Positions 1-13,990 of a stretch of DNA of 64,000 bases are shown here, in pieces. The first letter of the stretch is position 1. Each line of letters starts with the position of its first letter. This DNA is from Centroscyllium fabricii (lineage: Eukaryota), in contig JBNRSN020000005.1 in assembly GCA_051313645.2 (NCBI GenBank), positions 108,996,001 through 109,060,000 of the forward strand. Reading direction: 5' to 3'. The notes beneath the pieces were generated by a model. It worked only from the letters and a program-made list of their open reading frames with translations. It had not been told where the DNA came from and ran no database searches. A program made the position numbers and the translations under genes.

Positions 1-8
1 CTTTTTAC

Positions 9-142
9 CTCTATAGGTTGTGGATCATTCAGATGTACACTGAGGTTCATCAGAAGCTGTGGCATCCAAGTTGGCACTTCATATGGACTCGATAAGATGC
101 AGGCACTTAGTCCCAATACTCCAGCATGTCGTCGAACCAAAT
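9..142 (-). CDS. PSME4: PSME4/PA200 coding exon ((D)[44 protein letters not shown])
   Basis: Manual translation matches the vertebrate PA200 C-terminal region; acceptor AG at 143-144, donor GT at 7-8; the final coding exon lies beyond the window start. Confidence 0.96.
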
Positions 143-360
143 CTATAGGTGTGGGTGAAAAGTATTACCAATTTTATGTTAATTGTGTCAAATTTTCAAA
201 TTTAAAAATCTTATTGTAGCTTTTAACTTTTGCTCACTTAATGGCAGATTCACTTTCTAGACAGCCCATGAAAAAAAGATACTTGGTACCAAGAAAATAT
301 TAAATGATTACACTCCCTGCTGAAAGCTAGTTTCTGATGTTGTACAAACACAATTTTTAC

Positions 361-523
361 CCGCTGGAGGAATTGTATCCACTACTGCGCCTGGGTCTCT
401 TTTCCTCTTCTTTGGAAGTCTGGTCTTGCAGAGCTGTTCAAAGTGACACTGCATGGGGGAATCCATAGTCAGGAAGTTGCACTGCAGCAGACCACTCAGG
501 GTGGTAGCAGCCATTTCTCTTGC
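361..523 (-). CDS. PSME4: PSME4 coding exon ([17 protein letters not shown]...[17 protein letters not shown])
   Basis: Overlaps ORF 308..514; ctcacag acceptor and gtaaaa donor; 163 nt, phase fits both neighbours. Confidence 0.96.
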
Positions 524-839
524 CTGTGAGCAGTAAAAAGATATCCATCAGTTGATAACCACTGCTCACACAATGTGTCCAACACACCATCCTGCATCAC
601 TCATGTCCTTTTCTACAGTACACCACCAATGCCTAGAATTAATATTTTATTAGTTCATTCCAACATGTACAGCAGTTTGAATGCCAACTATATATTGCTA
701 ACTATGGTCGACCGTGCAACCTCGACAAAGTCGTTAAACATGTTGCCGCTTCCCTTCACCTCTCCCGCAACCCCGTGCGAATCCCTCTCATCAGGTTCCG
801 ACCCCAGCAGTCGTGAAATAGCCCCAAATTATAAAAAGC

Positions 840-1560
840 ATTGAGCCTCCTCAACTCCTCTGCAGTCTTTAACACTGTTGATCACATGATCTTTCTCAAC
901 ACCTCCTCCACTCTCCTGCTGTGTGGGATTGCTCTTGCTTGGTTCCATTCTTACTCATCCAAATACTGCCAAAGCGTTTCTATTACGTTTCTGCGTCGTC
1001 GCTGATATGTTTTCCTGTTACCATTCCTCGAGGTGTATGTGAGGCAAATGAGACACAGACACAGAGAGCTTATTAACACACGTCTTTACTGATTGATCTC
1101 CAGTGGAAGCCCATCGATACATTCCGGTGCAGCGCCTTTTATTCTCAGTGACCTAAAGCTGCACTACTGTAACCTTCCACTATACAATACAAGTCCCAGT
1201 ACAGCTGCTATGCCATTGGCTCACAGGCTGATACAGCGGCATTGCCATTGGCTCACAGACTGTCCATCATAGCCTACTCACATACACTACAGTTTCCAGC
1301 AATGTCTTCTCTTCCTAGCCCTCCACCATCACCTCTAGAGCAAACCGCCCCCCACCCCCACCACCCCCGATCCATCCTTGGCTGCTTCCTTTTCCTCATA
1401 CATGCTCTCCCTTGACAACATTAGCTGATATTACAGGGTCAACTTCCACATGTACACTCTCCACCAGCTTTCGACACTGCTTGTCTCACAACCAGTCTTC
1501 GATGAGCGGTTAGATCCTCCAACAAAACATTGTGAAGACCGAAAATATTGTCAAGACCCC
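840..1560 (+). mobile_element. Decayed L2-clade LINE fragment
   Basis: ctctgcagtctttaacactgttgatcac resembles the RT SAAFDTVDH motif; many disablements. Confidence 0.55.
981..1291 (-). mobile_element. Probable solo LTR nested in an L2 fragment
   Basis: 5-bp TSD GTTTC (976-980, 1292-1296); ends TA(TG-like)...CA; duplicated tgccattggctcacag. Confidence 0.65.
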
Positions 1561-2424
1561 CATCACAAACTCCACACCCCTCCCTGGCCAATGTGTCAGG
1601 CTGAACCAGAGGGTTTGGAACCTTTGTATATTTGTTTTGACCCCCGAGCTGCGGCATTAACCTCATATTCTCTTCATCACAAAAGCAACCTACTTCCACC
1701 TCGAACACTGGAGGAGGAAGATGGAAAAGGGTAAATAAAGAAGGTGGACAGGTGAGAGGAGGGTGAGAGGAGGGCGGGAGAAGGAGCGAGGAGTAGCAAG
1801 AGAGAGGAAAGCAACAGGGTCAACAGGGAAACTACTTCAATGAGAGGAAGGGAAGAGGACTAGGAAAAGCACCTCAGGAGGTGGTGGAACAATACTTCAG
1901 TACAGGTCGGTTGGAAAAGATCTCAGTGGTGGACAAGTGGGGAAACAAAACTAACAAATAGTTACATACCCTATTCATGTAAATGCTATGGTTATACATG
2001 TATTATATACTGAAGTCAGTTGCAAATACCACTGTGATAAACTTGTTGTGTTTGGGTCAAAATCACTAATCTCTCAGTGTGGATGTCATCCCACATCAAT
2101 GATAATTGACTGGTGTCTGCTGTGACATCTGCGATTGTCAAGAAACATTTTTTAAAAACATAATTGCACTGTACTTTATATAAATAACAAAGAAACAATT
2201 TGATAGCAGTTCACAGTGAAACTCAGTAAAGCTGTTCAAGAAGCATACACCCCCATTGCTCCCTCAGGCTTGACCCTCCCCCTTCCTTAATGCTGCACTT
2301 GGGCTCCCTCCTCACGTGGGACTCCTACCTGCATGGATTGCACTGCTGCACATGGCAGGATTGCCAAATTCGAGTTCCTGCCAGTGTGCAGCAGCATTCA
2401 TAACTGGAGTAGCAACAAGTAGTA

Positions 2425-2822
2425 GGGCGGCACGGTGGCATAGTGGTTAGCACTGTTGTCTCACAGCACTGGAGACCCGGGTTCAAATCCAGCCTCGGGT
2501 ACTATCTGTGTGGAGTTTGCACATTCTCCCCGTGTCTGCGTGGGTTTCCTCCGGGTGCTCCGGTTTCCTCCCACAGTCCAAAGATGTGCGGGTTAGGTTG
2601 ATTGGCCAGGATAAATTGACCCTTAGTGTTAGGGGGATTAAATATGTGGGGTTACGGGGATAGGGTGGGATGTGTGTCGATGCAGGCTCGATAGGGATCA
2701 AGGGATATGGGGAGAGGGCAGGGGCAGGATACTGGGTTTGGATGATCAGCCATGATCTCATTGAATGGCGGAGCAGGTTCGAAGGGCCGAATGGCCTACT
2801 CCTGCTCCTAGTTTCTATGTTT
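2425..2822 (+). mobile_element. tRNA-derived V-SINE (HE1-like) with CR1-type 3' tail
   Basis: A/B-box head (ggtggcatagtggttag...gggttcaaatcc), V-domain tgtgtggagtttgcacattctccccgtgtctgcgtgggtttcctccggg, tail shared with CR1 3' ends in this window. Confidence 0.88.
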
Positions 2823-3176
2823 ACTATACCGGCATTGATATTTCTCACACATGTATGGGCAATGTCGATAGTTGCCATAGATAATGGCAGGGTGAAGTGT
2901 TTAAAATATTTTTTATTTATACAACTGTTTTAGATGTTCAGTTATTACAGCGTAAAATTGATCCTAACATCAGAGTAGCTTTATTATTGTAATATTTGGG
3001 TTTGTTTCATTATCAGTGAATGTGCTTAAAACTTAAAATGGCAAGTTTAGGAAGACTGAAATTTCCTGGATTTTAAGAGGATTAGGAAGGTAGTTCACAT
3101 AATCTCAAAATTAGCATCTTTGTTATAGCCTCTACAATATTGTCTCAAAAGAAAAATACACTGCAATGTTCATATT

Positions 3177-4170
3177 GGCCCGGGATTTGCGGTCAGCAAG
3201 GAGCAAAGACGATTGCTGTTTGTTCCAAAGTGTGCTTCGTCTAGGATCTCGCGATCCGTGTCGGGGACTTTTGGTCTTCCGTCCTTCAATTTAAATCAAC
3301 GGAAGTTAGTGGGGATCCCCTTGTTCGAACTGCTGTGACGTCAACAGGCTGTCTAAGCAGCCAATCAAAATGCAGAATTCTCACAGACAGCAAACAAGGA
3401 AGTGAGTAAGCTCCTAAAATTCTAACTTTTAAAATATATGATGTGCCAAATGACTACCCTGATTCGAGAAGTTTAAACTTAAAACTAAAGGCTTTTATTA
3501 AGTTAGAACATGGCATCGAGTTAACACAGAGCAACCTTCATTCGTCACCGACCCAGCCCTTATGAGCAAAACTCACACCCATGGGGCTAGGGCGGAGCAT
3601 CAGTGGTTACACCTGCAGACTATTCCAGAACATTAACAAGTAATACAAAGGCCAGAACACAGTTATTTCATCACAATATATTAGGGAGCAAAACAAAAAC
3701 TGGGGCTCTCATGGGGAAAAGGCAAATCTGAAATAAAGGTGGGCACATTTTACCAAAAAGTAAATTTTTTTGGAAAAGTTTCTTAAAATTTTTTAAAATT
3801 AAAATGGACAAATTTCACACTGCACAAAATTTAAATTAGTTTTCCAGGCCCATAACATTTGTTCAGCAATAATAACTTTGTCAAAACCTCAGTTACACCT
3901 AATCTGTTCAGGTCGAACCTGTAGTGGGGAATTTAACAGCACACTTACTGCGGAAGAGCTGAAGTATTTGTCAGCTTTAATGATTTGGCAGATTGCAGGC
4001 TCTGTGTGAGGAGACACAGTGCAGCCTGTTTCTTCGCTGGCAATGACTCACCGCAACTTCAGGATTTCCGCATGCACCTGCGCCAAATGCCGAAGTTGTG
4101 GTCAGTTTCAAAGACAGAATGACGACAAACACTGACAGTTCGCCGTCATCCCCACCACAAATTCCTGGCC
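3177..4170. mobile_element. Non-autonomous DNA transposon, GGCC-ended
   Basis: Imperfect TIR ggcccgggatttgcgg / ccacaaattcctggcc, att on both flanks; second copy at about 18800-19530. Confidence 0.7.
3439..3675 (-). mobile_element. Solo LTR nested in a DNA transposon
   Basis: TG...CA ends, 5-bp TSD ATATA on both sides, absent from the paralogous copy near 19050; reverse AATAAA near 3494. Confidence 0.75.
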
Positions 4171-7100
4171 ATTGTGTATTCATCAACTTATTGTACAAAC
4201 TACTTTCAACAGCACTTGGCATACAATCCTGCAGATTAAAATTTTGATTCATGAACACAACGTTCTGATGCCCTGTAAGGCACCGAGTGCTGCTGCAAGC
4301 GTCATGCTAATTAAACAGAGTTACTGCAGTACAATGAACTAAAGAGTTGCCAAAGCACATTATTCAAATGAAAGCAACTTTTTTTTTTTTTTTTTTTTTA
4401 AAAGACAAGAAAATGGAAAATGGAAAAAAAATCCAGTTGTACTGTTATAAGTAACTGGCAAACCTCTTAAGATCAGCTGAATTCCTTAAGGGCTGTACTA
4501 TTAAATGAAAGATTAAGTGCTAATGCAATCCTAGACCAGTATGATACCGTGTGAAATGAGGAAAACCATCAGGGATCCATTTCATTTACTACATTGCTTC
4601 TTGCATTTAAATGCATTAACTACATTGCAATATGAATATGACGACTGACAGTTACATTTAGCACTTGAGCACATTTAGCAACCGGCCCAGTGTCAGAAGC
4701 TGTTGCTCATGCACTATTTATATTTAATAGTGCTCAGTTCCCCCGCCCCCCCCCCCCCAAGTTCCATAATAATCATTAAATGAACTAAATGGACATATTC
4801 TGAGGTTACGGAAACTATTACAAAAGGTCGAAACGTTGACTCGGTTTCTCTCTCCACAGATACTGCCTGACCTGCTGAGTATTTCCAGCATTTTCTATTT
4901 TTATTGCGGAAACTCTATGCTGTGCAATATCAGCCTAGCTCCCCAAAAATTCAGGCTTCAATTTGTCATTTTATTCTTCAAGTGGAAACATCCGTCATAT
5001 ACTCAAGTGGTAAGGCCACTTTTAGAATACAGCATGTAATTTTACACAGCATACCTTCAGTGCGTCAAAAAATGTTCCAAAAACAAATGAGACCTTGTGT
5101 GACCGCACACAAAAAGTCAAAGTGCTAATGTGGTTTGACTGAAGAAAGGTGAGTGGGGGTGGTGTGGTAGGGAAAATGATTAGGAAAGAAGATCTAGATC
5201 TTTAAAATGGAGAGGCATGCAACCAAGTTACTTTTCTTGAAACAAGTTTGTCAATTTTGTGGATACAAGGCAAAAATTAATAAAACTGGAAATTAGAATG
5301 TAACCACCACATCTCTCCCCTCCCAGACAATTTTCAGAGGGGAGTCACAGAATAGACTCCCAGCAAAATCAGTTATTGTTTAATTATGTAAATCAATTAA
5401 AGGACTAGATAAATCTCTCACTAAAACAGGGATTGAAGGTTTTAAGGATTAAAGTACAGATATAGATGATCAAATACTTTAACATTAGTTTCCAGTGCTG
5501 GTGGTGGGAATACAGGGACCATGAAACGCTTTTTATGGAATGGAGCTGCACTAGGGTGAATAATGTAGGTTATTATTATTAGACTGAAACTCCTAACTAG
5601 ATTACCTTAAGGCCCAAGTTAGAAATGTCATAGCTTTATCTTCTTGGAAGTTGGCTTGGTAAACTGGAAGGATGAGAGATCGTGAGAGTTTTAATGATTA
5701 GCTCGTTGCTTCAGGAAATTGAGTAACTTGGTCAGAGCTCACATGGGCTCAGGTGTGATGGATAAAATGACCCTTAATTATTATTATTTTTTAAATTAAT
5801 TAAATTTCCCTTATGGGACTTCCTTAAAACTGATCTCCATTTTTCTAACAATACTGACCACAGAACCAATAATTTGTTCAAAAAATAAAATTATTAATAG
5901 GTTATTATTTCCAAAGAGCATTCTGATACTTCCAGGTTTTTATCCAGCTCCTTCCCTCCCTCCCACATTATGACTTCCTCTGCGTAAAAACACCAGGAAA
6001 AGCTCAACACAGATTAAAGGTGGATCATTTGAACCTGAGGCTATTGAAGGATGTGAAAATAGGGGGCTTTGCTTTTGTGACTACGAACTGCTGCCAGTAA
6101 GAATGTAGTTTGGAAATGAATAGTCTACATTTTTTCACCGGGTTCAACAAGTAATGGTTAAAACAATCAAATGAACTGAAAACTCCTTGTGCCAATCGTC
6201 AAGTTTTCAGAACCTAACTCTGAAGTACAAATCTCCTTTAATAACAGAAACTATTGCAGGGTCTGTACTCTTTAGGCCACATATATTTACTGAGTTCCTA
6301 AACAAGTTAAATATATTCTGTGCTCTCATATCATATCATACACATTATACTCACTGCCTTATATTTTTGTTCTATTCCCATTCAGGGCAGAGTTTGTCGC
6401 AATAGGTGGCATATTCTATGTGTCAAAGAACGCCCTCTATAATCTGAACAGCATTATAGGATATAGGATTAAGGAGCTTTGGGACAACTGGCAAAAAGCA
6501 GACTTTTCACACTAATCAAATTGTAACCATCCCCTTCAGTGACATGGAAGGGGTAAAGAACAATGAGTTCTGTTTCCCTGGATCAACACATAAATCCCTT
6601 TAAGAATGGGGCAATACAGTCTCAGTCCATTGTCTATATCCATCCAATAATCGTAACATTCCTTTTGTTCCATTTATTGCCATGCCCAATTGCGAATCAA
6701 TGGCCTACACTCCAAACTTATTTATCATTGTTAATATATACACTCAAAATTGGCTCTTCATGACAATGAAGGAAACATTTCAAATTTCATCAAAATCTCT
6801 TAAATTAAGATGAAACAGCAGGTCACAAAAAATATCTATACAAGTTTTCAAAATGCCATATGGATACCTATTTTGATGAAAACAAATCAACTGCAGCTGG
6901 AATGCAAAATCAAAACAAATTAATCCACCTCCCTATTGTAAAGAAAACTGGTACATCGGTACAATGCATGGGTGGGTGGGTGGGTGGGGGGGGGGGGGGG
7001 GGGGGGGGGGGGGAGGATAGAAGGAGCCTATAAAATTATACAAAACTAATTCACTATTACAAACAGGAGACGGGAAGAAAATGGGGAATTACTCACCCAG

Positions 7101-7607
7101 TAAAATGTGCTATGCCAACTAGATTAGCAGCTAAGTGACCTAACTGCAGTATTGCTTATTCAGATCTATTCAATCAATTTACTATTTTAGTGTGTATGTA
7201 TGTATGTGCGCGCACATACGTTCCTTAAATGTGAAACTAAAAAAATTCAGCTAAATTTGAAGTTCTTCTGCTATTTATATTACTCATCACAACATTTATT
7301 GTGCAAAACGCAAGAGTTTGTTTATTATTAAAGAGTCATGACAGAAATAGTATAGTAGTAAATCACGATCTACCAAGGAAACTTTCAGAGCAAGTAATTT
7401 TTCTGGTTCCAATGGATAAATCAAACATATAGGCCCAGAAATTTGTGTCTCCACGGGTGAGTACGCGCTGAGTGCTCACCCGTAGGCCCAACGAACGTGC
7501 CGGTTTCGTGCATGCACTGCGTGCGTAACTGGCACTTCTGTTCCCCTGAACGAAGGGGTTAAGAGGTGGAGCACATGCACGGGATCGGCAGCACGTGCGC
7601 ATTGCAC

Positions 7608-7642
<35 letters not shown>

Positions 7643-9639
7643 GCTTTTTACGTACGGGTAAATAAAACGGATATTGACTTTGAGAAATGTCATCGTTCAC
7701 ATATGTATATTCAGAATAAACCGGCCAATGTATTTGTCGATGTATACCATCTCTATCTACACCAAACTGTTTAACTGCTAATAGCAATACAACTATTTAA
7801 TACGAATGTTGTGCACAGTGACCAAAAGTGCTCATTGGCAAGTGTTTGCATATTTTCTGCATTTAACAATTATTGTGCAAGTGACACGTTTATGAAAAAA
7901 GAGAGACAATTTAAAGCTGTGTTAGTTAAACTTGACTGGTGTCTGTAAGGGGATTGCGCTCATTATAGAAACTACCTGCAAGACATTTACAGTAATTGCG
8001 ATCATATTAAGGCCTCATTTGATAGACTAGGGAAATATTCTGTTATCCTAATGCTCATTACAATGGGAATAATTACGATGCCAAAATATTCCCATTTTAC
8101 TTCCCATGAAATACAAGCTTACATTAATAACACATGTCCATTAATGTAAAAAAGTTATAACTGATTTAGAGCAAGTTATTGGAAGAATTTCAAAGCTGGA
8201 AAGATGCAGAAAGCAGGGTTGAAATGTGGGTATATGAACAACAGAGTCATCACAGAACGAATGACCGGTGTCAATAAGAGGCCAAGAGGAGGATTTGTAG
8301 ATCAAAGTGTAGAGAGTTGGATGGAAAGACAAATTAACCATGAGTGCCGATGCAAAGCATGTGATTTCTGGCCCTAACTGGGTCTAAACTTGTATCGTTT
8401 ATTTTTGCTTTTTCTACCAAAATACATAATACACCTCAAAGAGTTAGTATGGAACTATAAAAAAGTACAGATGCATCCAGAAAATGAACCAGTATAATGA
8501 AACCAATTCTTTTTCACCTTTATTTTAGTTGCTTATGTGACCTGGTTGGGCAGGTTCGATAATCAACGGAAGTATCCACAAACCTTGCAGCAACGTGTGC
8601 AAGAAAGTTTTTACACTATCTGATCTTCCCCTCATTTTAAACATCTTTGTTACTAAATCAACAATAAAATATTAGTGGACATGAGCATTTACTGGGCTTG
8701 TGACTTTTAGAAAGGTTTGTTTGAACCCATAGTTGGTCAGAGATCCACCTTCTGTTAGCTATTGATTAAAATATTTGAACAATTGACCCCCACAATTGGA
8801 TTCCTCCATGCCACATGGAAATACATTGATTTCAGAAAGAGAGGGAAGGCAGATGACCAGGCTGATCTTCACGTGCCTGACTGCCGACACAGTGATAGTA
8901 AAGTGTGATTAAAAGAATCACTGAACTGGTGTGTTAGTTGTCAGCAGTGAATCAAAAGTATGAATTGGATTAGATTGCACATACTATGGATTTTATGCTG
9001 TGTATTAAAACATAGTTATCAACTAATTAATCAACTAGCTAACATAAATTCCATGTGTTTTAAATATAATTGACAAAATTAGCAGTGTAAACATTTCAAG
9101 CAAGGCTGGGTACCACTAATGAATTCAAAATACAGTAGAGACCATTTGTATGACTGCATGGATGTATGCAATTGCTGCATATGCATGATGACTGGACTAC
9201 ACTACTCATTATGCACAACAATTAAATCCTAATAAAAGCATAATTTGTTCACCAAGAACTGTTATCCTGGTCCAGGCATTTTCTTCTGATACTTCAGGTG
9301 AGACATTTCATTCGAATCAATTTGATTTTGGCTTGTTCATTACTTCTCAGCAAACGATATGTCAATAAATAAATAAATAAAGGGGAAAAAAACAGCTGGC
9401 TTCCTGGTCAGGGAAACTTTTGCCATGTTTCTGAGATAAAGCTCTGAAGCATAACATTTCTTCAGGTAGCTTCAGCTCCCTACACCTCCGACGCTTCACT
9501 AAAATCAATGAATTGTGAGACTGAGCACCCTCCCTCATGATCACTGTGAAGATGGTGGTTCCAATTAGGAGGTCAGCCAGTGTGTCTGTGTAATCTTTCA
9601 AATACACAAGGATTAAACTGTTGTAGGATCTTATGCTGG

Positions 9640-9993
9640 AGCACTCATTTATATAAAACCTCATTAGCTCTCTCACATACAATGACTTACTTTGAAGATG
9701 CAAAGCATGATCTGACAAGCAGCAATAAATAGTTAAGTCTGTATTTTTGGTGTTTGGTTGAGGGAGGAATGTTTGCCTGGACATTGGGAGAACTTTTCAT
9801 TATTTAACATCCACCCGAATTACTGGATCAGGCAGACATCATCCCCGTTTAAAATCTCTCTTGAAGGGCTGCGCCTCAACAATGTAACACTCCCACCACT
9901 GCACTGAAGAGTTGTCTAAATTTTATGTGCTCCAATTCTGGAGCGAAGTTTGAATCTTCTGATTCATACATGAGTCTTACCAACTAAGCTGAC
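9640..9993 (-). mobile_element. Decayed Deu-type SINE
   Basis: Reverse head (taccaactaagctgac) and core similar to the 53352 copy. Confidence 0.55.
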
Positions 9994-10136
9994 ATGTGAA
10001 GCATGGTTTCTGCACAAAAAAAAATATTCACAACATAATGCACTTTATAACTAGGGTGAATTTAAGAACAAAAATGCTGTTTATGGTTTAGACTAAAATT
10101 TACCACTATTTTTCTCTGTAATCTGATTACTCTTAC

Positions 10137-10292
10137 CTCTAACTGTTCATCTTCCAAGAGTTTTATAACTAGCCATCTTACGTCTCGGACTGCCTGTTCA
10201 TTGTCCAAAAAAATAAACAGGTTGTAGAATACCATGGTCTGGAGGTAGGTAAGAACAGTGTATTTTGCATGCCAAGAACTGCTCTCTGCTGT
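10137..10292 (-). CDS. PSME4: PSME4 coding exon ([28 protein letters not shown]...EDEQLE)
   Basis: Within ORF 10062..10361; ttgcacag acceptor, gtaaga donor; 156 nt. Confidence 0.96.
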
Positions 10293-10731
10293 CTGTGCAA
10301 ATAAAAACAAACAATTCATATTATAATAATCTGGAACATTGGCTGCATATTTAATCTTCAAAAACCTAAGTGCAAGAATTAATTACATTCAACATATTCC
10401 CAATGCAATAGTTCCCAAATGTCCTGCAATTTGATATTTTACACGCAATCAGCACATTTCACAATAAACCTAGCTACCAGCATCGTCTCTACACGTCAAA
10501 GCTCTGCAGTTCTGCCAGATCCAGTCGCAAATGGTGTTGGGCAATTAAGCAACTAACAGGAGAGGAGGCTCCCTGAACATCCTCAATGATGACGAAGCGA
10601 GATGAAGTTTTGAAATCCTTTCTAATGTAGGGCACCCGAAACTAGGCACGATATTCTAACTGCAGTCGAACGAACCAATGATTAACATCGGTATTGAATT
10701 ACCTCTTTACTCTGCCCATAATACCTAGGAT

Positions 10732-10837
10732 CAATGTTCCCTCTAATTTTCTGCACACACGTGGTTTTTCCATTTAAAAGAAGGTGAGTCAGCTGTGCAG
10801 GACCGCCAGAGTGTGGCGCAGCTTAAAGGGAACATTG
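10732..10837. mobile_element. hAT-type MITE
   Basis: TIR CAATGTTCCCT/AGGGAACATTG; 8-bp TSD cctaggat/cttaggat. Confidence 0.85.
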
Positions 10838-11049
10838 CTTAGGATTCCATATACTTTTTCCCCACAGCTTTATCTAATTGCCCTCCCACTTTTAAGGGGT
10901 TGTGTTTCTGAACTCTTAAGTCTTTACTCTTCATCTCATTTTAAAGATTTACCATTAAACATATATTTCCTCTCTTTATTCTTCAACCTTCCACTTCTCA
11001 TAATTTAGTGCAAAGAAATGTGAGGTGCAAATAAGTGAGTACACTTTTA

Positions 11050-13990
11050 TGATCCCAAATGCAGTCACTGTGTTTCTGCCAAGATGACAAAATATTCAGA
11101 GGGAAGAGAGGAGTAGCAGCAATAGTAATCAGAGATGTCATTGCAGTACTACAATAGACTGAGGGAATGGTGCAAAAACTGAATCTACCTGATTAGTGTT
11201 AAGGTATAAGGCGGCAACTGTTACTGCATGAAGTATATTATAGACAATCGAACAGTGAAAAGGAGCTAGAGGAAGAAATACATCAACAAATTAGGGAAAA
11301 ATAAAACAGGGCTATAATGATGAGTTACTTTAATTATCCAAAGATAAAAATAGGGATAAAAGTTATACAAATGAAGGAGGAGAAAGGTCTTCTATGATGC
11401 GTCCAGAACTGCGTAAATTTTTAATTCATCAATGAAGGAGGCAGTGCTGGATCTTGTTTGAATAAATGAAGTGGGCCAGGAGGCAATTGAAGGGTGGGGG
11501 AACATGTAGGAAACAGCAACCATAGAACAATTAGGTTCAGTATAAAAATTCAGGAGATCACAAAAGATAAAAGGGATACTTTTAATCTAAAAAAGGGTGG
11601 ATTTGGAGTGGGGTTGGGGGGGGGGGGGGAGAAAGAGAGGTGGTAGTTAAAGTGTTAAAAATCGGAATCCTGACCTGAACCCGCCTCCAACCCGTCCACT
11701 TCTGGTTTTAACGGAGGCGGGACAGGAGCCGAAATAGGGGCGGGCAGCCAACCCGTTGCCAGGAGGCAGGACGTCAATATAAATATTCTAACGAGGCTGG
11801 AAGCCTCTTCTTTAACTTCCATTTTGTTTTCAACTGTAGCTGGTCGGGTTTTACACACCTTGTAAAACCTGGCAGTTACAGCAAGGCGAGGACTGCTGCA
11901 TCCAGGAGGTAAGTGCCTTTACACTTACCTCTGGATCCAGGGTCTCTGCCTAGCCCACTTGCCGCGATTGGAGACTCCCGCACGAGGCGTCCGATCATGC
12001 ACCCGCCCCCGCCGCACCTCCCCAAACCAATGATCCTGAGGCCGGCCCCAATGTTCTCTCCCACCCCCCGCCGATGATAATGATGATCCAGAGGCCAGCT
12101 CCGATGTTCTCTCCCCCCACCCCTGGCCTCAATCTTCTCTCCCTCCCCCACGATCCTCCGGAGGCCAGCCATGATCTTCTTTACCATCCCCCTCACCCGC
12201 CCCACAACCGATGGCCAGCTCCAGCCCCCAACTGATCCCTCCCTTCCCTCCTCTGTGCAGCCTAGTGCCGCAGGCTTACCCGTTCGGAGCTAGGCAGCCC
12301 CTCAATCTGGCTGGCTGCAGATGGGAAACAGAGACCACGCATGCAAATCAGGCCCTGCCATTAAAGTTGGCAAGGCCTGTGGGAAACCCGTTCTCCCGCC
12401 CACTTCTGAACACCCCACCCCCTGCCTTTTCATTAAAATTCAGCCCGAAGAGGCTTGACTGGAATAAGCTAGCTTCAACCAGATTTTAAAAAGTAGCCCA
12501 GATAAATAATTTTTAAAAACTGGCAGGTAAGACAGTGGACAAGCAATGGAAAATGTTCAATTAGGAGATGCTTAGTTTCAAACTAGATATTTTATCACAG
12601 GAAGTAAATAGCGTGAAGCAGAAGTTGGAGATCCTTGGATAAGCAGAGAAATTCATAATGAAGTGAGACTTAAAAAAGCCAATGACAAATAACATAAAAT
12701 CAAGTGGTGTATTGAAAATAGAGGGGAGCAAAAAATGATTAGCAAAGGTAAGAGGGTATACAAAAAAGGAGGTAAAAAAACTAAATTAAAAAGGATTTTT
12801 ATAAATTTTAAAAGTATTAGGATAGTTGAAGAAAAACAGGGCCGATTAGAGGTGAAAAAGGAAATCCTAGAGGGTGATGGAATGACAGAGATACTAAATG
12901 AGTACGTTACATCAGTTTTCAAAGAAGATTCTGGCAGTTTGAACTAAAGGGTACAAGAGGAGAGAGCGGGACAATTAAACTGCATAGCTGTAATAGTAGT
13001 ACTGGGAAAACAGTTGGTGGCACCAGGTCCTCATGGCAAGCATTCCTAGAATGGTGAAGGAAATCAGAGATGAAATAGCAGAGGCTCCGTCCCAATCGTT
13101 CAAACATCCTTGGATATGGAATTTATACCAGAGAACTGAAGGGTTGCCAATGTAACACCTCTTTTCAAAACAGGAGAAAGAGATAAAACCAGATAACTAC
13201 AGACCAAATAAATGATAATACCCACCGAGAATGACATAAGCATAGCCAGCACATATATTTAAAAAGGCTCCACAGATGCTGCATGACCGGCTGCGTGTTT
13301 CCTTAGTAAACTTTTTAATTTACTATGGAACTGACGACTGTACCCCAATCTAACTAGAAAATAGTGTATTTTTTAAAAGTAATTTTCAATCATTTAAAAT
13401 CGGGTTACTCATCGGATTGACACTGTGAGTTAAAATGCTTATTTTTTGTGTTAAACCCAATTTCAGCTGTATTAATCAAACTTCACCACGATACCACTCT
13501 TAAATATATTATAAAAGTAAAAAAAATTAAAATTATGTTTTAAAACGCTGCCCGATTGTGTTGGTTCATGTCAGATTTTGCGTTCGGCAATACACAAATG
13601 AGTTTGAGTGGAAACTCAGGTTAAGAGAAACACTTTCAAATTTGTACTGGAAACGCTGATTGTGCCCAAAGTGCAAACTGTAACCCCGGATTTCCAGCAA
13701 CTATAGTATTTTGCTTTCTGCTTTGTAAAATGCAAATTGTATCTAACAAGGAGTTATTTGAGAAATAACAGTGTATTGATAAAGGAAATGCAGTGGGTGG
13801 TTTGAATATGGGTTTTCAAAAGGGGTTGGTAAATGATCAAATTAGAGGCATGTTGATAAAATTACAGTGTATGGTATTAGAGAGAACATGGCATTATGGA
13901 TTGGAATTTAATTAAAGGACAGAATGCAGGAGCAGTGATTGATTGATGCTTTTCTGACTGCAGGGATGTGAACAGTGTTGCCCCCAGTGG
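11050..13990 (+). mobile_element. Highly decayed CR1 ORF2 fragments
   Basis: Remnants such as EILNEYVTSVF, gttgccaatgtaacacctcttttcaaaa and aactacagacca. Confidence 0.7.
11595..12446. mobile_element. GC-rich non-autonomous element inserted in a decayed CR1
   Basis: Right end aaattcagccc, left end uncertain; internal ccgatc/cccc low-complexity repeats; CR1 continues on both sides. Confidence 0.5.

Noticed and set aside
2425-2500. tRNA-like sequence (also at 53352 and 40718)
   Set aside because: SINE heads continuing into SINE bodies, not tRNA genes
4826-4905. Possible hammerhead ribozyme
   Set aside because: Only the CGAAAC half is present; the CTGANGA core is missing
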